64,000 nt of DNA, taken from positions 81,904,001 through 81,968,000 of the forward strand of contig CM052817.1 in assembly GCA_028534125.1 (NCBI GenBank), read 5' to 3'. Source of the DNA: Lama glama (taxonomy: Eukaryota). Positions within the stretch are counted from its first letter, which is position 1. Every line of letters begins with the position of its first letter. The notes under the pieces were generated by a model. It worked only from the letters and a program-made list of their open reading frames with translations. It was not told where the DNA came from and searched no databases. Position numbers and translations under genes: made by a program. This document shows positions 14,101 through 26,490 of this stretch, one piece after another.

Positions 14101-14780
14101 AAGCTCAACTCAGTCCTTGTTTATCCTTTAAATTTTTGTGAATAAGTCAGGGCCTGAAAGTTATCTCCATAAATATTTTTCTCTACATCAACATATAGAC
14201 AAAGGACATTAGATAAGAGACTATCAAATCACAGGAAAATAATAATTTCATCATTTTTTAAAACAAGAACAGGCAGGCTCTGCCTGGTAGAAAAGGAAAT
14301 CCGACTACTCAGTTGAAAATTACCTTTATAAGGAACGTGATGAGTTCCAAGAAAAGACAAAATTTAACTCAATTATTCACAGAATCATGAGAAAGAGTAT
14401 TTTTCAAGAAAAAAGAGGTAATGGGTGACCAAATTATGCTAGAAGACTTTTGGCAAAGAGTCACCATCCTTTCTGACCTGAATAGCTAAAATTAACTTCA
14501 GAAATTTAGGAGCTATTTGTGAACAGTTTATTATGTTATTCTATAGATTTTCCCCAACAAAAGAGCCCAGAGGATAGCATCTTTATTAAGGATGGATTAT
14601 CTAGATATACAATATGTTTCTTAGAAATTCTTATAATATTCCGTGATTTCCCAACATCTTTATGATAAAATATTAAAATATACATGGAATTGTGGACCAG
14701 TGAAGGAAACACTATCCTGGGGCAGAAGATATTTTTCTATCTGTTTGCACTGCTTATCTGCTGTTTACCTTTAAATTCTT

Positions 14781-14904
14781 ATTTATTTAGGAGGGAGGTA
14801 GTAATTAGGTTTACTTATTTTTAGAGGAGGTACTGGGGATTGAACCCAGGACCTTGTGCCTGCTAAGCATGTGCCCTAGCACTTGAGCTGTACCCTCCAC
14901 CCAC
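14781..14904 (-). mobile_element. tRNA-derived SINE, Vic-1-like (camelid)
   Basis: Reverse strand has an A-box-like cagctcaagtgc, B box ggttcaatcc and an AT-rich tail; perfect 15-bp TSD tacctttaaattctt at 14766-14780 and 14905-14919. Confidence 0.88.
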
Positions 14905-15774
14905 TACCTTTAAATTCTTTACGAAAACAATAGGGTGGTCTATTCTACACATCATCTTTGTTAGATAAAAATCTCTGCAATCCTTTTCTGAAATGAGGAT
15001 TTATAGAAGATTTTTTAAAATTAAAATGTGACACATGTGCCTGGGAAAAACAGATAAACTATAATCTAAAAATAGCTTAATAATAAGGGAAGCCTTTATA
15101 TTTGTATCCTTTCATGTGTAATTTTACTGCGAACATTTTCTTCAAAAAGTACTAAACACAGTAAATATACATAATAAAATTTTGCAGAGAATTATTTTCT
15201 CAAAGGCCATTAGCCAGATGCTTAATCGGAATTAAAAAGTATTTATTGGTTCTGACAAGAAATGTAAAAGCAGACTTAAAGCATCCATGACTAATGCCAT
15301 ACATCAGAAAGTTTTATTACCCTTCTCTGAAAATTGGTGTCGGCCTCAATAAATTACTAAAGTTATAAATGTTTGGCTAATCGTATAGAGTGTGGCACTG
15401 TTAACGTTGAATTCTCAGGAATTATGTGACAGAAGTAAAGAAATGTACAGGAAAATATCCGCTCTCTGGAATATTGTTTTTCTCTTTACTTTTGTAATTT
15501 CACATTTCAACACCCTAGTCAATAGCAGGCAGTATATAGATCATTTGTTCACCAGATTGTAAACATCTTTTCAGATCAAAAGCTAACAAGAAAAGAATTA
15601 TGGGCTATGTATTATTACTTACAAAGAAAATTAACTGCAGCTAAATCATCCATAAGGTGTCTTTGGAGGCATCATATATCAAATATGCAGTTTCATTTTA
15701 TAAAATTTTTGGTGCAGTTTAGTTTGCAATCAGCACATGTTTAAGAGGATTTCATTTTTTCCCTTCCATTGCAG

Positions 15775-16697
15775 GCATCAACTCCCATTTGGCTTATAGC
15801 ATTGCTTCTGGTGATAGCCTTGGGCAATTCACGGTTGACAAGAATGGCATACTGAAAGTCCTCAAAGCTTTGGATAGGGAAAGTCAGTCCTTCTATAACC
15901 TGGTTGTTCAGGTGCATGACCTGCCACAACTTCCAGCCTCCAGATTCACAAGCACTGCTCAAGTCTCCATTATTTTGTTGGATGTAAATGATAACCCACC
16001 AACATTTCTTTCCCCGAAATTGACATACATTCCGGAAAACACACCTATTGATACTGTTGTTTTCAAAGCACAAGCCACGGACCCAGACAGCGGCCCAAAC
16101 AGCTATATTGAATACACCCTGCTGAACCCTTTGGGAAACAAGTTCAGTATTGGGACCATTGATGGTGAAGTGAGGCTCACTGGAGAGCTGGATAGAGAAG
16201 AGGTCTCTAATTATACTCTAACGGTGGTGGCTACAGACAAAGGGCAACCATCTCTCTCTTCATCTACAGAGGTTGTGGTCATGGTACTTGACATCAATGA
16301 TAACAACCCTGTTTTTGCACAGGCCATGTATAAGGTGGAGATTAACGAAAATACACTTACTGGAACAGATATCACACAAGTATCGGCAGCAGATAGAGAC
16401 GAAGGTACCAATGGACAGGTTCGTTATGGCATCATTGGTGGTAATGCCAATCAGGAATTTCGGATCGATTCTGTCACCGGTGCCATCACTGTGGCTAAGC
16501 CTTTGGATAGAGAGAAGACCCCTAATTACCTTTTAACTGTTCAGGCAACAGATCGGGGCAGCACCCCCAGGACTGATACCTCCACTGTCAGCATTGTCCT
16601 GCTGGATATTAATGATTTTGTTCCTGTATTTGAACTATCTCCATATTCTGTAAATGTCCCTGAGAATTTAGGGGCACTACCCAGAACAATTCTTCAG
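15775..16697 (+). CDS. FAT4: FAT4 internal coding exon (923 bp, phase 1/0): GINSHLAYSIASG...PRTILQ
   Basis: Acceptor ttttttcccttccattgcag; donor CAG|gtcagt; three LDRE motifs and linkers DVNDNPP, DINDNNP, DINDFVP. Confidence 0.97.
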
Positions 16698-16831
16698 GTC
16701 AGTATATTTAAATAAAATAAATATTGTGTTCATTATAAGATGTCTAATTTAATTATAATGTTCATACTACTCCCACCCTCTTCCTTAGTCTCACCCATAA
16801 ATAATGCTTACTTGCAGATACAGCAAATCTT

Positions 16832-16989
16832 TATTTTTATATATATATATATGTGTATATATATATAATTGAAGTATAAATTATATAATTATAGTTTATA
16901 TATATAATTGAATACATATATATAATTGAATTATATATATTTATATATATATATAATTGAAGTAGGTTTACAATGTTGTGTCAATTTCT
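16832..16989 (-). mobile_element. Extremely truncated L1 3' end with AT-rich expanded tail
   Basis: Perfect 15-bp TSD gatacagcaaatctt (16817-16831, 16990-17004); ttgaagtaggtttacaatgttgtgtcaatttct resembles the reverse complement of the L1 ends near 32070-32105 and 35075-35110. Confidence 0.85.
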
Positions 16990-17508
16990 GATACAGCAAA
17001 TCTTGAAAAAGACAGGTTTACAAAAAATTATACCTAAGAACCTAGTGATTTCCTTGTAGATTATATATTGCATTTCAGTTACATTCTTTTGTTTTTACTC
17101 GTGTTCCACACATTTATGTATTTGTGTACGTTTGACTTTTGTTTCACTATGACTGTAATATCTGCACATAGTAAGAAAATAAAATGATGTAAAAGTTTGA
17201 AAACTGTTACAAATGTTGTTCTCCCTTCCACTCTTTATATATCTAACTACCTGAATGAAACTGTGGTTAAAAATTTTTTGTGAAGCCTTCCAAACATGCC
17301 ATGTATTCATTTGACACCTAGTTTTGCACAGATAATACATTGTACTATTTTAATTTTTTGTACTTGAAACTTACAAACATGTCTCTGAAACCTTTTAATA
17401 TTGGTACACATGGCTCTACCGCATTATTTTTAATGATACATTTTATTTCACGGCGGACGTTTTGTTAGCTGTACTCACATTCATGACGTGTGTTGTTTTC
17501 TCCTGAAG

Positions 17509-17683
17509 GTGGTGGCAAGAGATGATGATCAAGGTTCTAACAGCAAACTCTCGTATGTTCTGTTTGGTGGTAATGAAGACAACGCTTTTACTCTCTCAGC
17601 TAGTGGAGAACTTCAAGTAACACAGAGCTTGGATCGTGAAACGAAAGAGCATTTTGTCTTACTGATCACAGCTACAGATTCAG
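17509..17683 (+). CDS. FAT4: FAT4 internal coding exon (175 bp, phase 0/1): VVARDDDQGSN...ATDS
   Basis: Acceptor ttttctcctgaag; consensus donor CAG|gtaagt; ARDDD and LDRE motifs. Confidence 0.96.
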
Positions 17684-19859
17684 GTAAGTCTGTACTAACC
17701 TTGTTTGGCTGTGAAGAATTTCTTCACAACGTGTGAATGAAAGTATTTTTGTCTACCATTAAATTAAACAGTTGTTGAAATCTACTAATGTTTGCAACTC
17801 CCACTGTATCTGTATCATTTGTAGAGCATACGTCACTTTATGAAATTTACAGGTAAGTGGTAAAGGTCTAAGCTTATTTCAAACAAAGCTCTATTTCTGT
17901 AAGGCAGAATGTATCCCTGCCTGGCAGGCCACCCCGGTGCCTCTGGGGGTGACTTGATGCTGTACCACGTGAGCCACAGGGCATTTCGAGTACTTCAGCT
18001 TTGAAAACATCCAGATGGTTCTGATTGGTCTGGAGATAAGAGAGTGGGTCCTGAGTTCTACTTCATCAGCTCTCAAAATTGTGAGTAGTTGTAATATGCA
18101 TTTGATGAAGCCCCACAGAGCTCCAAAAAGAGTGTCAGTGAGAGCCAGGGTTCTCACTGAGGGGGCAGGGGAGTGGACTACCACAGAAATGCATTAGCTT
18201 TCAGTGTTTGGAAAGAGCAATCACATAAAATTGTATAACATGTAGCACAAAATAAAATCTATTTAAAAAGGTAATGTTACTGCTGACCACTCTTTGTTTG
18301 GCATATATTGACTCTATGCCTAAGTATTGAACACTTCTAATTTAAAACTGAAACAACTAATAATGTGTTAAAGAATCTCTAGGCCTTGAAGAAAATAGGT
18401 GTTGCTTAAATATTTGTTGAATTAATGAAATAATGAATCATTGATTTCCAAAAGTGTCAGAGAATTATGAAACATTGCCCTTATGTAACATTCATTTATA
18501 AAATTGTCACAACTTAGTATTTTAAGTATTGGAGACTTTAGAAATCTTGACAATTTTTTAAAAATTTGTTAAAATTGTTTTAAACCAAGACAGATTTGTT
18601 GGAACCTCAAATGACTGAAGATTTTTATATATGTATATTCACGTAGACATGTGGATACTGACATTGAAAAACAATTCTGAATTTTCAAATGAGCTGTTTT
18701 TACTGAGGTTGAAAAGTTTTTGATGAATGTAATATATTGATACTTTTGTTGTATATGACCAACTTCATATGTATATGACACTTTCAGGTCACCACTTCTT
18801 GTTAAAAAGGATATTTTTAGATTAAGAGTAATTATAAATTTAGGTTACATATTCAGATGATAGTGCCACTGTTAATTAATTGAGGTGGCACTGTCTATGT
18901 ATTATTTGCCATTTACTTTTGGGAGTGTAATCATCTGAGACTACTGCTTTATGAAAGAAAGCACTATTTTCTGTACATTTTTTTAATGCATGTCAAAGAC
19001 CATGTTACACTTCATGCAAGCTATAAAATCCCAAAGAATGATGAACAGAATACAGTGTGCTCACCACATAAAACTTAAAGCAAGTTGATCCAAAACATGT
19101 TTCACTATGCATGCAAGACAGTATTGTGCTTTTTGCTCAGGAAGTAAGTGTTTTCATGTGAAAAATACAGTCACTACCATATGCTCAAATCAATCTAGTA
19201 TCTCAAGAGTCACCTGGAGAGAAGAGAGGTTGAAATGGAATAGAAACTGGTTGAGAGTCAGATATTTAGAATCTATATTTTACTACAAAAACACCCTAGT
19301 CTCAGCTTTCCTCTCCAGTTACTGGAAATGTGCAGTCAATTCTAGGCACGCACAGAAACAGAGTGTTTGTGGAGGTGATACGGGGGGAGGAGGACCAAAG
19401 ACCAGGAATCTTGTCTCTAAGGCATCAGTCACTGTTAAGATTCGCTGTACAGACCATGTGTCACACATAGGTCATCCCAGAGTGGGGAGCAGATTCTGAC
19501 TGTGAGAATCAAGGGTGCAGTGCAGGGTGACCCAGGATGGGCAGGTAATAACCCATAGAAGTTCTCCATCAGAGGATTTGTACTTTGGAACATTCTAAGT
19601 CAAAAGCCATGGCAGAGAAAGAATGTAACCATGTAAACAGAGTCTCTGTTTTCAATCCAATAATCCTGAGAATTTAACAATCTTTTTGTATACCTATGAA
19701 GCCAAAGGTGAAGGGGAAGAGAATGGTTGTTTTTTTTGATTTTTGGCTATCTGAGTGTTGCAGTTCACCAGGTTTTACAGATATTAATCCATTTCTACAC
19801 ATTCCTTTTCTTTAGTATCTCAAAGACTTAGGCATTTTTCTTTCCACTGTACTTTCTGT

Positions 19860-19950
19860 AAACCCAGGCTCAGAGTGGTTAAGTAATTTGCCCAGGATTA
19901 CACAGCCAAGATGTAGCAGAGTTGGATTTAGACCCTAGCATATCTGACTT
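19860..19950 (-). mobile_element. MIR fragment
   Basis: aggctcagagtggttaagtaatttgcccaggattacacagc matches the reverse MIR core. Confidence 0.75.
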
Positions 19951-22114
19951 CCAACTAAAGTGTATACTGAAGGTTCTAATGTGAAGGTAAAGTAAAAGTT
20001 GAAAAATATATTTGTTTCCAAAATTCTTTTATTTACAAAGTAAACCCAGGATATTCTATTACTATAATGATAAAATCTTTGAATTTGAATTGATCTTGAT
20101 TTGAATTCTGGTTCCATCATCATCTTATTCCTGATTCAAGCAAAATGTATTATCTCAATCTCAGTAACTTTCTCAGTGGGAGTTTATTACAAGGTTTAAT
20201 TGATACAACATATGTTAAATTGCTAAATATGCCTAACACATAGTATGTATAATGATTCTAACAAGAACTGGGATCCGTGCACTTAAAACATTTTAAAATT
20301 CTTAGGAATATTTGCCTTGCTCCTTACTCCACAAGTATTATAGAGCCTGTTAGGAGGAACTTTCACAAGGAGGAGCGTTGATGTTAAACCAGTGCAAGAA
20401 CCATGGCTGGGTTCCAGGGAGCCAAACTATGTGCATTCCTGATGCCATCAGTCTCCATCTTGGGGAAAATTGGGGATTTATAATTCTTAATATAAAGACA
20501 AAGAATGGAAATGTAAGTTTAATTTCTATGAAGGACTGTTGCCATTAAATGGAAAATGTGAAAACCAAGTGTATATATATTTGAGATAGGAGAGTTCTGA
20601 GTTACAGAGAGTGAAAATTCAGGTTATCAGTGAAATAAAAATATTTAGAAGTTTGTTATTCAGAGTCTTAAATATGGTGCTAGGGAGCATAGTGGGAGGC
20701 ATAAATGAGACTCAGTGGCTCTGGTACCTCAGTCACAATATTTTGACAGTCCTGGAAATTAGAGAACTGATTGAACTTTGCCCTAAAGTGCATATTTTTA
20801 TGAAGGCATTTTTTTCTTTTTTTTTTTTTTGAGTTGCCCTGAAGTGGATGGGTGTTCCTGAGGCCACTGGAGTAGAAGTATTCAATTAGGGTCTGAAGGT
20901 CGTTTAATATGGCTCACGCACAAAACAATCAGAAATTGTGAGGGAAATTGGAATAGACGATCTTAAAATTATTAAAATTCTTTTGTGGCCACAATTTTAC
21001 ATTCAGTTCCTCTGTACACTTTTGGTATCGTGCATATCCACTATTACAGAAGAATATGAGAGTTTTAGATATCCAGCTTCAGAATCTGCAGTGTAAGCCT
21101 GTATCCCAGGAATGCAGTCTCTGATGAAAGGTTTAAAATACGTATTCACGGCTATGATTTAGAAGTCAAATTGGTAGATGACACGAGAAAATTAAGAAAA
21201 ATATGGCAGCCTTTAGGTCCCAGATGCCATGTTATTCTCAAATTTGCAGAGTTCTAAGAATTGGGAAAATATCAAAGTGTTCTAAACAAGAAAACACATT
21301 TGACAGTTTTATTCCTTCGCTCACAAATCACTTTTGCTTTGCTCTTTTTAAGTTCTTACCTGATGGCGGCCCAAAGATGGGTCAACTTTGGCAGTGTGAC
21401 AGCAATTGAAGCAGCAGCTTTTTTTATCAGCAAACCTCTAAATCTTTGAATGTTTTGGGGGAGAAACTATTAGCATTCCAGCCTGACCGTATTTTTATTT
21501 ACTGACTTGCATGGTTATAGAGCAGCACATCTGGAAACTCTCTAACTACTCCTGTCTACTGCTTGAAATGAGCCACAACCACACAGATCATCTGTGTGTG
21601 GGGCTGAATGCTACGTCGTTACATAACAAGACTGTAACAGAGTATAATAATTCTAACTTTTTTTTTCTATAGGATTTACTTACCAAAGATTAATTTAATG
21701 AGTTGAGACTACAACTTACTTCAAAATGGTATTTTGTTTAATTCTGTATTGTTCATTGTTGTTTCTTCTGGAAATATACACTGTACCATGTAGAAACTCC
21801 TCCGAGGCTGAGGCTTCACCTAGATACGTTAATGCAGGTGCTGCAGAGAACCCAGCTCAATGTGATTCCTTCTAAGAGGGGAGCTGGCCCTAAAGCGATT
21901 AATGTCCTTCGCTTGCTTTGGAATTGTGTTCCCAAGTACACTTCCTTAGAAGAGTTTTCCTTATTGTCTTCCCATAAGTGCAATAAGTAAAACAATATGT
22001 TCTTAATATAGTAAGTAGCAGGAAATTATCAGGGAACCTAGAGCAGTACACTTTCAAAAATTAATCTTGAGAATTAATTTACAAAGTGGAAGTATATCCT
22101 AGGGGTACACACAT

Positions 22115-22230
22115 AGCTTTAGAGTGAAAAAGAGAATCAAAGGCCACCTCTGCCATTTCCTAGCTACATGACCTTGAACAAATTGCCTTCATGCTCATAC
22201 GTATAGAATGGAAATAGCAATCCCTACTCT
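22115..22230 (+). mobile_element. MIR fragment abutting the heptamer array
   Basis: ctctgccatttcctagctacatgaccttgaacaaatt...tatagaatggaaatagcaatccctac. Confidence 0.65.
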
Positions 22231-22244
22231 AAAAACTTACTATC

Positions 22245-22621
22245 AGAACACAGAATATAGAATTTAGAATACAGAATACAGAGTATAGAATGTAGAATAC
22301 AGAATGTAGAACAGAGAATATAGAATAGAGAATACAGAATACAGAACCCAGAATTTAGAACATGGAATTCAGAACACAGAATATAGAATATAGAATACAG
22401 AATATAGAATGTAGAATACAGAATGTAGAACACAGAATATAGAATATAGAATACAGAATGCAGAATGTAGAATATAGAATACAGAATTTAGAATACAGAA
22501 TACAGAACCCAGAATTTAGAACATGGATTTCAGAACACAGAATATAGAATATAGAATACAGAATACAGAGTATAGAATGTAGAATACAGAATGTAGAACA
22601 CAGAATATAGATATAGAATAC
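22245..22621. repeat. Heptamer tandem array (AGAAYNN)x54, commonest units AGAATAC, AGAATAT, AGAATGT
   Basis: Hand parse gives 53 units of 7 bp and one of 6 bp (377 bp). Confidence 0.95.
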
Positions 22622-22629
22622 AGAAAAAA

Positions 22630-22895
22630 AAACTTACTATCATATGATGTCACTTATATGTGGAATCAAAAAAAAAAAGAGCTACAAATTTTATTTACAA
22701 ACCAGAAGTAGATTCATGGAAATAGAAAATAAACTGTGGTTACCAGAGGGGAAAGGGCAGGGAGGGATAGATTAGGAGTTTGGGATTAATAGATACACAT
22801 CACTATATGTAAAATAAACAAGAACCCACTGTATGACACAGGGAACTATATGCAGTTTCTTGTAATGAGCTGTTATAGAAAAGAATCTGAAAAAA
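22630..22895 (+). mobile_element. L1 3' UTR fragment
   Basis: atatgatgtcacttatatgtggaatc...ggttaccagaggggaaaggg...acagggaactatat; similar to the reverse complement of 54000-54220. Confidence 0.85.
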
Positions 22896-23059
22896 TTTAG
22901 AATTAGACCATTATGCCCCATCACTTACTTAAAAACTTTAGCAATTTCCAAGAATAAAAACTTGCCACTGACCACATGGCATTAAATGACCAGGCCTCTG
23001 TCCACTTCTCTGGCCCCTTCTGTCACTATCAGCTGCTGCCTTTGTCATGTGCCAGCCAC

Positions 23060-23200
23060 TATCACCTCCCAGCACTGCGTTCGGTATCTTCATGTAGGTC
23101 AGGTTGAAATCGGCCAATGTAGGAATATTTACACCACAGAAATGAGCGAACCTGGGGGACTTGCTTCTAAAAAGCAGTTGCCAAACATTTACTAGACATT
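23060..23200. mobile_element. MER63-like hAT DNA transposon fragment
   Basis: ttgaaatcggccaatgtaggaatatttacaccacagaaat and gttgccaaacatttactag resemble the MER63 consensus as recalled. Confidence 0.7.
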
Positions 23201-23209
23201 GGCAATGCA

Positions 23210-23713
23210 AGTTAACCTGGCCCCTTTAAAAATGTCAACCTTTTCCTGCCTTCGGTCCTTTGCTTGTAGGTCTTGCTGTCTGGAGTGTTCTACTTTGTAG
23301 CTGGCTGGGGTATTTTTCTTTTTCTAATTTTTAATGGGATGAGAGCACTTTCACGTCTTAGTTATTTTGTCATTACATCGAGGTCAAACGTCAGCTTCTC
23401 AGAGGACTTATCTGACCACCATCCAGAGGTCCCACCTCCCCTCTCTCCAGTGCCACCGTCTGTCGCTTTACTTTGTTGTGATTTCTTCTTAACACCAATT
23501 GTTACTTAAGATTACATGTTTATGTACATATAGTATATATGTATACTATATATATATGAGTCTGGATAGTTTCTTTCCCCCAGCAATAACTGTCATGCTT
23601 CGAGTAGAATGTGAACTTCCTAAGTCTTATTCAAAACTGAATTCCCAGAAACATCCAGACTAGAACTTGTAACATAGCAAGTGCTTAATAAACTATGTTG
23701 AATGAATGAATGA
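23210..23713 (+). mobile_element. L2 3' end
   Basis: tcaaacgtcagcttctcagaggactt...; terminal acatagcaagtgcttaataaactatgttgaatgaatgaatga. Confidence 0.75.
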
Positions 23714-25309
23714 TTTAATAAGTGAAAAATGGTGGTAATTCGTTATCACCATTCTGTTATTTTAACACACAGACATTATTTTGTATTTATTTACCATACT
23801 TTTATTTAGTTTATTGTTGTGTGTTTATCACTTGCAGGTTTTTCAAAATACCCACCGAAAGGAAAAGTGCCAATCTTTTTTAACTCATGGCTGAAATTCC
23901 AGAAGTTTTCGCTACATTGGTTGTGGTCATTCAAATTGACCCCTGCTTTGAAAAGCAGCACAAGTGTTTAAGGCTCTGGGGTGTTTAGTGTGATGTGATA
24001 AATTGCAGTCATATGTAAGGGCCCACTGAAGCATTTTATGGCTTTAATTCAGTTTCAAATGCTTAAAATACTGCTGGAGCTATATTCCCATGACTCTCTC
24101 CTGAACCTTCTGGCTCTGACTCAATTCTGTTATCTGTTAGATGTTTCTAGGTAGGTCTTGTCTCTGCTTTGTGCTGTGCTGCCTACATTTCTTAATTCGG
24201 CTCACTAACTCAAAATCTGCATAAACAGAAACTGCTTTTGAAAAGTTTGGGCACTTGGCAATTCTTTTATACCTGGGCTTCCCAAAGCAACATGGTCTGA
24301 GCCTTCCATATCTCCCAAATACCCAACACCTTTTTCGCTACAAAAAATACATCCTACATGTAGCATTTGGCTCCACATAGCTTAATGATAAAGGCCTATG
24401 AGTCTTTACATAAATGTAATATGAAAAGGTTTGCTTGTTTTGAGTTTTGTTATGAAGATTTTGGTGTTCAGATAAAATATTCCAATAGCTATGCATCTAT
24501 ACATGTAATTTTTCCAGGTCTCTTAGAAAAAATATTTTAACCTTTGATGATCTTCTGCCCTCACCAGTAAATTCAGAGTCCATGAGCCATTAATATCTGC
24601 TACCATTCTTACAAGGAACTGAATTCATATACAAAAAAAGCAGCAAAATAAGATGATGTGATAGTAAGGGGATGTTACAGGTAAAACCCAGGGTGTAATG
24701 TGGAAGGATTTTAAAAGAGAACTATATGTGAAAAAAACTCTAGGAAAAATCTGACTTAAAATGATAATTTTATAGCCAGAAGAATTTTTTTGGAAATGAG
24801 CCAGTCCCTTTCCTTTGTTTTTGAGATAAGAAAGTTGAGGCCTGGAATAATTAGGCAGTTTGCCTCTTTGCAAAACATCGATTTCCAAAAATGCAATTTT
24901 AAGAAAGCCTTTCTTCTTACATGCTCTTCATTGTACTCTAATGAATAAAACATTCTACTGTTATTTTTCTTTTCCAAATAAATAAATAAATATTTCCAAA
25001 TATTTTAGGTGAAGTCAAATCCATTGGAATCAGTCATTTCAGTGCTGATGGTTTGAAAATAAGCTTAAATTTAGGCATTGTTCAAATTAAATTGCTAAGT
25101 AGGAGAAGATATAAAAATTCAGTAGGTTTTCCAGGTAGAAGATAATATTGCCAATTATCCCTGCTAATTGTCATCTTGCATTTATTAAAACCTAACTATG
25201 ATGGGAATTTAATAGACCTTATAAGTGAATTCTGTTTAGAGTCAGTGAGACTCCTGCACGTCTGCGGGCAGTACTGGTGTGTAACAAGTATCTTGACAAT
25301 GTTTTGTTG

Positions 25310-26230
25310 GAAAATATTTACGGAGCAGTCTCTGCCAGGTATCCTTCTAGGAACTGGAGATACCAAGGTGAAAAAATGACAGTCTCTGTCCTCATAGAAG
25401 TTACATTCTAGTCAGAAAGAGAGACAAAATGTAATACATAGACCAGGAGTTACATGAGATGCTATGGGGTTAAACAGAGCAGTTAAAGTGGCTAGAAAGT
25501 AAGGAACTAGAGGCATTGTTTTTAATAGTCTAGTCAGGACAGTGAAATGTGAAGATCTGGGTGAGCAGCATTGCTGGCAGATGAAACGGGCTGGAGGCAG
25601 GGATCAAGTTGGCTACATCCAAAGACAAGCAAGCGGGCCTGGATGGCTGGCCCAGAGTACAGGAGAGGAAGAGTCTTGGAAGATAAGGTGGGCCGAGGCT
25701 GGATCATGTGAACATTTTAGGCCAAGGCAAGGAGCTCTCATTTTATTTAAAGAGTGAGGTGAAGCCTTGTTAAGACGTGGGACAGGGGAGTGACGGGAGA
25801 CTTTGGAAAGGTCTGGTTTCGTGGCAGTGGTGACTACAACAGGAATAGAAGTGGTGACTAAAAGGCCTCACCAGCAGTCCCGAAGAGACATGATCGTGTT
25901 CGACATTGGGAGACAGTGTGAAGGAGCTAAACATTGTATCCATTTTGAAGGTTGAGCCAGTAGAACTGGATGATGGGAATTGGAGGTGTAGGAAATTAGG
26001 CAAAGGGACAAATCAAGTGTGAGTTCTAGAATACTGGCCAGAGAAATTTGGAGATGGGGAAAGAAAAGAATTTTAGGGTGAATTATCATTAATTATTTTT
26101 TGGATATATTGTATTTTAGATAGTACGATGTCTCCACTGGAGATGTCAGGTAGATAGATGTTAAAGTTTAGGTCTCAGGGAAGATGTCTGAGTAGAGATA
26201 CAACTTGGGAAGTCATAATTTAGATGATAT
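25310..26230 (-). mobile_element. L2 fragment (about 0.9 kb)
   Basis: Starts aaatatttacggagc...gccaggtatccttctaggaactggagatac...tgtcctcatagaagttacattctagt; purine-rich body typical of reverse L2. Confidence 0.8.
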
Positions 26231-26249
26231 TCATTCTGTGCATACTGAG

Positions 26250-26490
26250 TGCTTGTACGTACCCGAATTTGTACTATACGATCATCTCATCTAATCTCAC
26301 AACAGTCTTGTAAATTAGATAGTATTATCTCAATATTATGGACTAAAGGAAAAACAAAAATAAAACTGAGTATTAGAGAAGGTAAGCAACTTGACTTGGA
26401 CTGGCAGTCAAGTCAACAGGCAGCCGTTAATCAGTGAAAACAGCATTTGAAGCCACTGAACCTGATCGAGGAGACCACTCCTTAAGCATT
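26250..26490 (-). mobile_element. MIR (degenerate)
   Basis: atctcatctaatctcacaacagtcttgtaa...aaactgagtattagagaaggtaagcaacttg. Confidence 0.65.

Noticed and set aside
14800..14904. tRNA gene
   Set aside because: Degenerate A box, AT-rich tail and TSD mark it as a SINE; no convincing cloverleaf.
22245..22621. CRISPR-like array, or coding ORF 22224-22433 (FYILYS repeats)
   Set aside because: Units are contiguous 7-mers with no unique spacers, and the peptide is just the translated repeat.
22245..22621. Heat-shock element cluster (many GAA)
   Set aside because: HSEs need alternating inverted nGAAn pentamers; here GAA recurs head-to-tail every 7 bp.
23525..23556. AT-rich palindromes here and near 13690-13735 and 57807-57833
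   Set aside because: Low-complexity inverted repeats of this size are expected by chance in AT-rich DNA.
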